Source: Paramoeba atlantica
Lineage: Eukaryota > Protista > Discosea
Assembly (NCBI GenBank): GCA_977017575.1
Contig: CDRNVI010000039.1
Span: forward strand, 372,001 to 436,000
Direction: 5' to 3'
Length of the DNA stretch: 64,000 bases
The translations under genes and the position numbers were made by a program. Positions 21,586-32,331 of the stretch are shown one piece after another. The notes below the pieces were generated by a model. That model was not told the origin of the DNA and did no database searches. It worked only from the letters and a program-made list of their open reading frames with translations. Positions within the stretch are counted from its first letter, which is position 1. Each line of letters begins with the position of its first letter.

Positions 21586-22410
21586 TTGCGGTGGTTGTAT
21601 AATTACCGCTCTACCCTCGATTATTGAAAAAAAGTGAACAAAAACAGTGAAAATATAAAGAGGAACACAGTAATATAATAGAAGAAAAAAATATAAAAGG
21701 GGGCTCCGGTGGTCCAAAACTGAAAAGAAAGAGTCTAGGGGGGGGGTCCATGGCGGGGGTCATGGTCGAGCAAATTTTTTTGAAAAAATTTTTTTTCGAA
21801 AAAAAAACGCAGAAGGTGTAGCCGGGGTCTTGGCGCGTATTTTCCACCCCCCTACCCGGGGGTGACCCCCGCTCGTATGCGCAGGACGGGTCCGGCAAGT
21901 TCGGATTTTTTCGGATTTTTTTTTGAAAAAAATTTCAACTTGGCGAAAAAAATGGCAAAAAAAATATTTTTCCAAAATCGTTTCCCCTATTGTATTTTTA
22001 AAGTATGGGACCTATAAACACCTCGACACGAATAAAGCACCCCCCTTTATTTTTTGCGTGCGGGGACCCATGGGGGTTGCAGCACCACTTTATCGTCTAG
22101 AATTTTGAGTTCTGCACGTTCCCGGGGTTTTTAGCTTCATTTAAAACTTTTAAAAAAATCAGTTTCAGAAATATTCTTTTTCTAAAATTTCATGGTAAAA
22201 TCCAAGTACCGTCCCCCAAAAGGGGGGATGACCTCTATAGGTAAGACATTATTGCGCCTGAGGTTCGAGCACGGTGTCCCAAAGAAGCAACTTGCACGAG
22301 AATTTAATATTTCTGTAAAATATGTGAGGCAATATCTGAAAGTAAAAGAAACCAATAAAACCAAAATATTTACACCGAAAAAAAATATCTTACGTCGCAG
22401 AAAAAAATAG

Positions 22411-23991
22411 CGCTCCACGGGCACTTCCGTGAGTTTTTGAGACACTTCGATGATTTCTCATCGAAGTGCCTACGTGTCACAGGGTGACTCATCGAAACGT
22501 CAATCTTCTCATCGAAGGTGATTTTAATTGCTTTGGAAAGAAAAAAATCGAGAACATGAAAATAAGAAAGCGGCGACACTGAGAACCTATGTCTGCCACT
22601 TCCGCAGGATTGTGTATTATTCCTATACTGCGAGACCTAGTTTGCGAGCAAGGCCCAACTGTGAGCGTGGGTTTATCGGTATCTGTAGTTTGCGAGCAAG
22701 GCCCAACTGTGAGCGTAGCCCACGTTTTTCCCTTCGAACGGAGTTCTACACGTTGTAGCTCTCGTGATAAAAATTACTAGGCTGTTCTATTTTACTTTGG
22801 TTTCGTCCCTTCTTTTTAATGAATAACAGTCAAGCGGGGAGTGCACGTGAACCTCTTTTGAATAGTTTTGTGCGTTTCGTAGACAGCGAAATGCGTCGCA
22901 CTCAAGAACAAGAGGAAGAAGAAGAGTTACCTCGCACTCCAGAGGAATTACGAACTCCTGGTGTCTGGGCTGACAGACTTATTTTTAGCCCCTTGGTTGG
23001 GGCCGAAGCTGCTGCACGTACTTTGCTTCCGTCAGTTCGTGTATGTCCAGGTTGTGCTGAGTTTTCTTGTGTGCGCGCGTGGCGAAATTTTAATATGATC
23101 CCTCAAGGCAAGCGTGCAGAATCCTGGATGAAAAATCACGGTCTGTTGAAAGCACCTTCTTGTACTGTGCATGGTCCAAGTATGATGCGGGATATACCCG
23201 GAAGGCCTAACATCCAAATGTGCTGTTTTCATGAATTCCAGCGCAATCCGTGTCGGATGAAGCGAGGAAAACTTGAACCTTATGCGTCTGGTCGAATGGA
23301 CATTGACGCGGGAAAATTGCTTCGAATTTGAGCAGATATTGCCGATAATTTGACAGCGGGCCAAATTGCGAGAAACCGTTCCATTAGGCACAAGGTGGTG
23401 ACGAAAATTCTACACGACTTAGGCAATGCAGCACTACACCAAGAAGAAAATGCGGTATTATAAATCTAAATCTATAATTCTATTTTCTGTACATACTTCT
23501 TTTCATGGCCACTGTAAAGTGGCCATAGGTCAGGGGCATTGTATACAATGCAGGGGCCTAGCGACCCCCGCCTTCCGAGCTTTTCCGTCCACAGCAACGG
23601 TTTTTTGTACATATTTTTTTGTCTCGTATCTGAGTTTTCTGTGGTTTTCTTGGTGCCGTGCGAATCCTAGGATTTCTTTGTCCAGGTAATTTCTTAATTA
23701 ACTCACGCGCGCTTCCATTGTTTCATATGGTATCAAGCTCTTTAAATCAATGGAAAATCGTATTTCTAAGAAGAGTCACGGGCATTATTTTGCTTTCACG
23801 TTTCTACAATTTATTTTCGCAACGTTTTCTTTAACTTTCATGACTGCACCAGCGTTTGCTCCCGAGTCGAAAATGCAGCTACCACCTCAAAAGTAATTAA
23901 AATCACCTTCGATGAGTTTCTTTCGTTTCGATGATTTTCGTTTTGACACGTGGGCGTTTCGATGAGTACTCACGGAAGTGTCCTCGTACCC
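22411..23991 (+). mobile_element. Merlin/ISXO2-like element, internally deleted
   Basis: 8-bp TSD AAAAATAG (22403-10 and 23992-99). About 110-bp imperfect TIRs with CACTTCCGTGAGT and repeated TCATCGAA; 31-bp direct repeat near 22637 and 22685. ORF 22819-23331 resembles the zinc-ribbon N-terminus of the Merlin at 50000 (W...HGLL...C..H...CC...C). Confidence 0.7.
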
Positions 23992-24768
23992 AAAAATAGT
24001 AACCATTATTTCACCAAAAGACCTTGCTGGAGTGCCGAAACACAGCAGCGCTAGATGCATTGCGGGGAGATTGAGTAAAAAGGGGGTACATATCACAAAA
24101 CGCACTGTTCAACGTGACTTAAAAGCAATGAAATATACTTATTCCCCACGCCCGGTTACTATGGCGTTGACCGAACATCAGAAGGCTAAAAGGGTTGAGT
24201 TTGCCTTAGCATGGAATGGGGATTCACGCATAATTGTATTTTCTGATGAAAAAATCTTTGATACTAATGATATGCGTAAAAAAATGTGGGTTGCCCCGGG
24301 CGAAAAGGCTGCTCCAAGGCAGAAAATGCGTTGGGCCCCAAAATGCCATGTGTGGGGTGCCATTGGAGTTGGGTGGCGTTATCTAGCTATTCTTCCCAAT
24401 GACAGCTCAATTACGAGCGAAACGTATATTTAAACCCTGCGTAAGACTCCTTTCCCCCGTTATTTTATTTTTCAACAAGATGGAGCAGGCGCACACACTG
24501 CAAAAATGACAAAGTCTTATCTTTTTGAATCAGAAATTCAGTATATCAAAAATTGGCCTGCCAACTCACCTGACCTCAATCCTATAGAAAATGTATGGGA
24601 AATGATACAGCAACGAGTATGTGGAATGAACCCCTCCAGTACTACTTCGCTTATTAGGTGCGTAAAAAAGCATTTAAAGAAATCCCCCGAAGGCAAATAA
24701 ATAAAACTGTTTTAAGCTTCGATCGTCGACTAGAAGCCTGCGTAAAGTGCAGGGGAGAAAAAGTGGTA

Positions 24769-25092
24769 CAGTGTTATATTTAATTGCGGTATTATTTAAT
24801 TACGCTTTTAAGGTTATTTTTGGCTAAAATTAATCTTAATTAAACCGTAATGTAATCCACTCGTAAATTAATAATTTTTGAACACACTTTTTGAGTAACT
24901 TTTAAGCACCCAAGCCATTGGATTCGTCTGTGATCATTTTATAAAGGTTTGTGTTTCGTATGAAAGTGAGGTCGATGGTGATAGACATCAAAAAAAAGTA
25001 TTTTTTTTCGGGGCTAAAAATAATCTTAATTAAAAATAACCGTAATTAAAAATAACCGTAATACAATGCACTCGTATTTGGATACTTCACTG
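24769..25092. mobile_element. Tc1-type MITE inside A2
   Basis: TA|CAGTG...CACTG|TA with inverted TTACGGTTATTTTTAATTACG-like subterminal repeats; the same end (ATACTTCACTG|TA) also occurs near 55970. Confidence 0.65.
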
Positions 25093-25976
25093 TAATCGTC
25101 TACTTATATTTTACCTTATTCACCCCAGGACAATTTTACAAGGTGCGCAAAGTCTATTTACTGAGATCTGCAAAATGCCACAAGAATTAGTTCAAACGGA
25201 CTTACCATACAAATTTTAGAGGGGGGTGCTTTATTGTGTCGAGGGGTTTATTAGCTTTCTCCGCAGTTGTTTTCGCAAGCTATCTCTTCTTCGAGCCGTG
25301 GTATGCCCGCGAAAATGGCCCATTTTTGACTAAAAAAGGTGAAAAAGTATTTTTCGGACCCCAAGGGGCCTTTTTTGGTCGAAAGAATGGTGTGATTAGA
25401 GTCGTATCCACTACCCAATACGTTTGGTAGGCTTTCATTCCTGCCTACAGGTGATTTCCCGCACACAAATATCGGATTTAGTGCTCTGAGAACAAAAATA
25501 CCCAAAAGTCACCCCATTTTTACCGGAAAATCGGCTATTTTTGGCTATAATGATTCCGTTTTCTTTTTCATTTGGGAACGAGGAACCAGGAACTATTCAA
25601 TCGCCAAGTGGGCCCCGGCGCTCTTCCAAAATAAAATGTCCAGCACGAACACGCGCCATACCTCGAAGAAACATATGAAAATATTAAAATATTTAAGACA
25701 GTGCAAGAAAATTAAAAAAAATCTTCTCCAGTTTGCCAAAAAAAGAACCTATAAAGGGGGGAGGGGCGGAGGCTATTATAAACAGGGGGGTACAGTATTA
25801 ATGAGATTCGATAAGTGATTTTTTCTTATTATGGACTTCAAATTCTTGATTTTCGAAACACTTCGTTCAACTTGGAAGCAATTTTTAGTGCAAAGTATGT
25901 GGTACAGGTGTCTTTCTAGATAAAAAATGGTTTATAATTATAAAAGTGAGACTCAGAATTATAATCTCATTAAATT

Positions 25977-26639
25977 TGAGGGGCTGCGGGTAGTGTTTCG
26001 TTGCGGTTTCGGTACGGTTTCGGTACGGTTTCGGTGCGGTTAAGAGTACCTGACAAGGTGAAGATTCAAGGGGTGAAGGATGAGAAGCGTAGAAGTGGTG
26101 GGGAGGACAACAGCGGATGTAGAACATGGATCCAAAGTTTCATGCATATTTAGACTGTTTTTTTCTGCAAAAATGTTTCTACTGAGCACAAAAGATGATA
26201 CTGTTACAAAGAATACTGTTACAAAGAATACTGTTACAAAGAATACTGTTACAAAGAATACTGTTGCAAAGAATACTGTTGCAAAGAATACTGTTACAAA
26301 GAATAACGAGATAATCTACTTTGCATTTTTGAGTGGAGGTTTTGGAGTATATCCTGATCTATGTGCTCTGTAAGCCATTCCCGACGAGAATACATTGGAT
26401 CAACAACCCCACAGTTCACTCTATTATATAGGTACTTAATATAAAGTAGTTAAGTCTATGATTTTCTGCGCCAATATAGAAACTAGTTAATAAATATGAA
26501 CGTACAATGCCCATCGCCAAACTTTCATCCCTATAAATCAAAAATTCCCTTGTACTTCTAGTCCTAAATGGGGCCTCTTCTTGATTTGCAAACCGCGGTT
26601 TCGGTGCGGTTTCGGTACACACCCACCCGCAGCCCCTCA
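25977..26639. mobile_element. Non-autonomous TIR element (hAT-like subterminal CGGTTT repeats)
   Basis: Perfect 15-bp TIR TGAGGGGCTGCGGGT / ACCCGCAGCCCCTCA with (CGGTTTCGGT(A/G))n near both ends; no TSD recognisable. Confidence 0.6.
26198..26302. repeat. Minisatellite, 7 x 15 bp
   Basis: ATACTGTT(A/G)CAAAGA repeated seven times. Confidence 0.95.
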
Positions 26640-26669
26640 TTTCTATAAACGATCCCTTTAATGATTTTT

Positions 26670-26940
26670 GGAGGTTTATAATTATTAATGAGAGGGGGAG
26701 TATATTACTGCATTATCCTCTGCATCTCTTTTGTAAAATATAAAAACATTAAAATTTGTGAAAACATTTGAACACTTTTGTTACTTGTAGCTACTGTATG
26801 TATGAGGTTCGTAGGGAAAAAGTTGAGCCCCCCCAAAAAAAGCGGCGCCTCCTGCCCAGTCTCATAAATATAAAGGACAATTAAGTGGGAGGGTGGGACT
26901 ACGACAAATAAGTGGGGGGGGGGCACAGTATATTTCCAGC
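26670..26940. repeat. Dispersed repeat family K; approximate empty site of C2
   Basis: 26670-26795 is the reverse complement of the flanks of C2 (19395-19488 and 20753-20800); 26795-26940 matches 54355-54510. Confidence 0.75.
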
Positions 26941-27470
26941 ACAGAATTTAATATAGCATAGTACACAGAAGGGAGGACAATATAGAGGGAAGACAGCTAA
27001 CCTGCTTTCATTAAACAACGTGAAGTCGGTCGCTTGCTTCGATTTCTCTTTTGAACCCGCTTTCTGCGCCTACGCGCCGTGCGAATTCTGTGCTTTGGTC
27101 TGCGCTTGCGAGGACTATGCTGGAAAAATCCAACTTCGAAGCCTCCTTTCCATAAGTGCCTCTTTTGAGCAGCAAAAATATTCACAGCAGAAACAGTTCC
27201 GGATCGAATTCCAGTATTATTAATTGGAACGCTGAATATCTGCTGTGGGAAAGAAAAAATTCTTTGCAGTGCGATTTGTTTATGGGACAAACCTTTGCGG
27301 AGACAATATGATACATTGCAGTTGTTTTGTTCCTTCATCCTTGAGCCGAAAATACCTACTTTCCAAAAAGCTGCGATGGATTCTCTTTTGGAAACAACGA
27401 AAGACATATCAAGGGGTTAACGAGAACAAAAAATTTAGATAGATGTATGTAGACTATTTTTTATCAATTA

Positions 27471-27791
27471 CCGTATACCCTCCCCAGTAAGAGAATGGGT
27501 TTTGGGTCGAAATGGCCAAATCTCTCCTATTGGGGGGGGTATGCTTTTTTGGCCAGTTTCCTCTTTTCTCCCAACTTTTTTGACTATTTTTTCTATTTTT
27601 TGCTTCTGAAAACGTGTTAAAACGCTTCTCTGGGTTAGCCCCGAGGCCCCCAACATGCAGACACCAACCCCCTACCCCATATACGCCTCCTGTTGGGCTC
27701 CCAAGCCAGATCTCTCTTACTGGGGGTTAGCCCAAAAAGGGCCAAATCTCTCTTACTGGGGGGGGCACCTTATTGGGGGGGGGGTATACGG
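27471..27791. mobile_element. pogo/Tc1-type MITE (321 bp)
   Basis: TA|CCGTATACCC...GGGTATACGG|TA; internal repeats AAATCTCTCTTACTGGGGG; diverged partial copy at about 49530-49610. Confidence 0.75.
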
Positions 27792-28016
27792 TAATATCGC
27801 GATCGGGGAGGGGATCTCAACAGACGCGGCATTGCCTCTACATGTATATTTACTCAGTACACGAACCATGTGGTTCCTGTGGGGGGTATGTACTATACCC
27901 CCCTACTTGATTTTCACCCCTCTGTTGGAGAAAAGTGGCAAATAAATAGGGGGAGGGCGTTGCGTGGGTGACAAATAACTAGGGGGTAGGTGTTGGAACT
28001 TTAGAATAACGATCCA

Positions 28017-30035
28017 CTATTCTTTGTTAAACAATTTCTTATGCATCATAGAAAATATTTCTTCATAATCCAGACTAGTTCTCGAAACGCTATGAAAAAC
28101 ATTGTGCGAATCAAAAAGACAAGTTTCATATAGCGTATGCTCCATCAGATACACTGCAGTGAAGGCATCTACCCATCGAATACTGTGATGCATTAATCTA
28201 GCGTGACCTTGTGTGAGTCGCACAAGCGACGTAAAACAGCGCAAAGTAATTGGATTGGAAGTCGCCCCTTCGTGATATTCTTTCAGGCGGGTATAGTAGC
28301 GTAGCAGGAATTCCTGAATATCCTCGGGCATATGGCTCGGTAGCGCGCGGCATCGTGCCGATTGTATCGTGTTTTGAATTTGTAATAAAGGGAATGCGAC
28401 ATTCGAATTCTCTTGACGCTGTAGATCCTGAAGAGTAGTCGCTGCTATATACTCATCCCAACTCCGATGTTGCAAATCGCGTAGGGTAAAAACAAGATCA
28501 AATCGACTAAGTAGTGGCAAGGAGAAGCTTCTCCATGTTACGTTGGCTACGTTATTGACCGTGCTCGCAGCGAATACGTTGCACCGTGTGGAGAGCTGTG
28601 TCACAATGCCTGCCTTGGCGATGCTAACGCGCTGCTGTTCCATAGCTTCTAACAAGGACATTCGGTCTGCTTCTGAAAGAGCATGAAAATCATCAATACA
28701 ACATAGCCCTCCATCGCTCAGAACAAGAGCTCCTGCCTCAAGATGCCACTCCCCACCCACACGCACAGCTGCGGCTGTAAGACCTGCCATAGAGGAGCCA
28801 ATTCCAGTAGTAAGAACACCACGAGTACAAAGTTCTTTGGAGTGCGACAATAGCTCAGTCTTGCCTGTACTTGATTCCCCAACAAATAGTAAATGACTTT
28901 CCGTTCTTTGAGTCACTTTTTCTCGCATAGGACAATTTCCAGAAAGTGAGACTATGATAGCAAGCTTGGCGATGTGTAGACCAGCAAGGCCTGGAAACGC
29001 CTTTGCAACAAATTCATCTCTTTGTACAAGACAAGAAAAGGTATGGGAAGAAATCCGTGACGGTAAATGTTCAAATGATGCATTCATGGCTTCTTCGCTG
29101 CTCGAGGCTTCCCTGAAATCATATAGATTCTTATTTGAGGGATTTCCTGATGCCTCAGCCAAGTTTTCTCTAAGGAAATCCATGCCAATTACCTTCAATA
29201 CTATGTCTTGCGTCCCGGAACAGTCTGGATAAACTGCACTCCAGACGATTGTTGGAATACACACAAGTGAAACTTTGTCACCTGGCTGTAACATTCCAAC
29301 GTAATCGTCCTCCATGGCAATATTGACAGACAAGGGAACAGTTCTATCACACTCAGATGTGTCTCGAAGGCGAGCATACTGCACATCTCTTAAATTATCT
29401 GTCACTAATTCTTGAAACAAAGTAGAAATGCACTTCTTCGAACTGCACTTTGCCGGAGACCGAATACGATAGTGTAGCGCAAGTTCTGCGTGAACAGTAC
29501 ATTCACTTGCACAGCGACGACAGATGTAGCGTTTCCTAGATTCGATAACTTTTTTATCTGATGTGCGCAACACAATCCCGTGTATTTTAAGTACTCGGCC
29601 AATATCAGCGCTGCGTAGAGATTTGACGGTCCGTACCGGGGATATAAAGTGAATGAGACGAGGTAATATGTCATGTGGTAGAATCCCAGCTTGCATGGAG
29701 CCCGGAAAGGACTGCACAATAGAACCTAGAAGAGGACTTGGAGCTCTTACCCCAAGAAGCTTATTCAGAATAAGACATGTAACGTGCGATATTTCAGATA
29801 AGGCCACAGACGGGGACCTGAGGACCCAGGAAGCCAGTTCGGGATCGTAGTCACAGAGATCAACAAAGTCAACATAGAAACTCCACGGAGGCTTTGCAGT
29901 AGAAGAAAATCGATAAAGCAGCTGTGCGGAACATCTCGTTTCAAGATATCTTGTTAGGAAACGCGAGTGAGAACTCTCAGCTTGCCCTGCCGACAATTCG
30001 AACAATTTACGTATAAAAAGAGCTCAGGAGCTCAT
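28017..30035 (-). CDS. MCM9: MCM9-like helicase; the only upstream in-frame ATG (30035) is followed by an in-frame TGA at codon 4
   Basis: VLTTGIGSS.AGLT.AAV...GEW.LEAGALVLSDGGLCCID, EAMEQQ.VSIAKAG, LLSRFDL, C..C/C...C zinc finger. The start region was translated manually. Confidence 0.82.
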
Positions 30036-31747
30036 TATCCTACATGTACAGGATGATTGTAAAGCTTTGTAAGCTAAACAGCTTTGTATAATGCAAAGCT
30101 TGAAGGAAATACTTTACGATTGTCTACTATAATCACTTACACTACGTACGTAGTGTACTACTACGTAGTCGCTACTATACTAGCAGAGATATCACATCAA
30201 TCTTTACAAGAAGTAGTAATCATGCTTATTATGTAAAGCACTATAATAAGAAATCGGTCAAGCAGCTCGCGTAAAATGCAAGCCATACTCGAAACGGCAA
30301 AAATAAGTAACTAAGATTTTAAGTGAAACTCACACAATATTTTGTAAGCAAGAATGGAGAGCAAGACGGAGAATAATGTAGAGAGGTCGCACTACAGTGC
30401 AAAATGCAGATATACGATACATCCGCCGTTTTGCAGAAGTAATTGAAATACTTGTACAAAATAAATGCGTGTTCTCGAAGCGACGAGTATGTAAAGTTTT
30501 TGCACTCCGTACGTCTTCTTTCGACTCAGTACTTCAAGATGTCATCATATCCCAAAGACGTACCCTCCACTGGCATACTTCTGCTGAGCATGTGGGCTCC
30601 TCCTACACACGTTCTAATACTGCGGGTTAGATTGATGAGATGTATTGATCAACGTAAGGACGAGCGTGACAAACTTTCTAAAGTCTTGACTAAAGAGGTT
30701 CGTCGTGCCAACCCACGTGCAAGCATCTGAATTAACCAAAGTATGGGGAACACGTGCACAAAGATATGATAGGGTGCACCTTGACAGGGTTCGTTTTTTT
30801 TGGGGTGACTAGATTGCAGTGCTTTATCTGATTCTGTGATTCAGGACTGGTGTACTCGGTTTTCTTTCTTCTCACGGAGTTAGGGCTTTGTAAGATGGTG
30901 GATTTTACGAAACTTTTTTCTGATTATCTCATTTTCACGACCGTGTTGAACACATTTTCAACCACTGTTGTATAGGCCAGTGGCTAGCACATTCTTTGAT
31001 AATTCATAATCTTGAAGTGCATTTACAGAAGGTGAAGGTGGGGAGTCTCCTTTTACACCAGAACGAGTTAGGATTACGGAATATTTAAAGATCATATTAT
31101 GCTCTTTATGACATAAAGCTTCTTAATAAAAGAGCACAAAGCTTCTATAGAGCATAAAGCGCAATTTTAAGCTAAGTAGGTAATGTAAGATAAAAAGCAG
31201 TTAATCTCTGTGTTTACCTAAGTAAGAACTTGTACTAATATTTGATACTCGATCATGAATTATTATATTAGGCTACCCTTCATACCCCTTCTCTGAGTTT
31301 ACCTCCCACCCCTTTTTTGTTGTAAGTGGGTGCAAAGGCTCACATGTAGGTGAGCGCCAAAGGTGGCCATTGTGGCAAAAAAAATCGGTGTGGAAGGCAC
31401 GAAATGGCACAGGATAGAACAGGATAACTGCATAGTGTCCAGTGACGATCACGAGGTATTGGAAATGTCTCTCCTGGTCATCTTTATGCCATGTATACTT
31501 CCACAATTGTTGGAGAGCAATTTGGTCAAAGTGAAGCATTATTGAGCCTTTTTTGAAAAAAAAATAAATGAAGATATTTTTTTAGGTTTATGGGCCGCTA
31601 GTACTTATTTCTTTTGATTTCGCCTTTTTAAAGGATTTAAAAAAAGCGTTTAAAAGGATTTTAAAAAGCGCTTTATAAAGGATTTCCACCGCTATTTCCG
31701 ATCTTCAGATCATTGACGACTTCTTCGCTAAACTTTGGTCGATCTTT

Positions 31748-31950
31748 TCATTCTTCATCAAAGCACCCAAGGGTCCCATTCCCACGGGATCGTACTGCCT
31801 TCTTGAGCATCTCATTCATGCGTTCAACAATGTTGGTGTGCACCAAAGATCGCCGATGATTAACTGTCTCATGCCGCAAGTCGTTTCCCAGCGAGCGACT
31901 CGATCGCCAGCAATCAGTGCGCGTTACGGTTCGGCTTCCAGCAGACAACT
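31748..31950 (-). pseudogene. Merlin/ISXO2 transposase C-terminal fragment
   Basis: TDCWRS..SL...RHETVNH....VHTNIVERMNEMLK matches the ISXO2 motif (TD.W..Y..L...H..VNH...HTN.IE..W..LK). Confidence 0.75.
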
Positions 31951-32331
31951 TAATTAATTGTGTTTTTGTGCGGAGTTCATAGTGATAAACCGTGAAAAAA
32001 GTTTGTATTTTTAATAGTCTGACACGCTCTAAAAGAAAACATACTTGGTTCAAACCAATATTTGAAAAACGTAAAAAAGTGTTCTTTTGGCGCAATAATG
32101 CTTCACTTTCACCAGCAATTTTATTGAAACATTCGAATAACAGTGTTGCTCGATTTTAATGCCTTGTAGGGAAGTCCTTTAGTTCGCGGAAAGCTACGCC
32201 ATATTACTATTAGCAATCTGATTCGTTAGTTTTCAGACGTTTTCTGATGTGGACTCTGATTTAGAACCACTATGATGCATTTCAGAATGGAAATGAAAGT
32301 ACTACTACTGACGATTCAGGACTTGGCTCGG

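Larger units (their letters stand above)
22017..25248 (+). mobile_element. Tc1/IS630-like element A2 (DD35E) carrying nested Merlin and MITE insertions
   Basis: TIR AACACCTCGACACGAATAAAGCACCCCCC and its inverse at 25221-25248; TA TSD. Transposase pieces 22192-22410 and 23992-24760 (SDEK, QQDGAGAHT, WPANSPDLNPIE), homologous to A1. Confidence 0.9.
21586..25560. mobile_element. Family B copy 2 (inverted), interrupted by A2
   Basis: 21586-22016 and 25249-25560 are the reverse complement of 5730-6419 plus 7692-7782; includes the empty site for A1 at 21661-21690. Confidence 0.8.

Noticed and set aside
26198-26302. CRISPR-like array
   Set aside because: Head-to-tail 15-mers with no unique spacers, no cas genes, and a eukaryotic context.
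26997-27407. 136-aa minus-strand ORF with an Arg-rich tail
   Set aside because: No motif, inside a repeat island, and the more protein-like composition switches frame; at most a decayed gene fragment.
30397-31545. Small ORFs between MCM9 and the Merlin fragment
   Set aside because: Under 100 aa, inconsistent strands, nothing recognisable.
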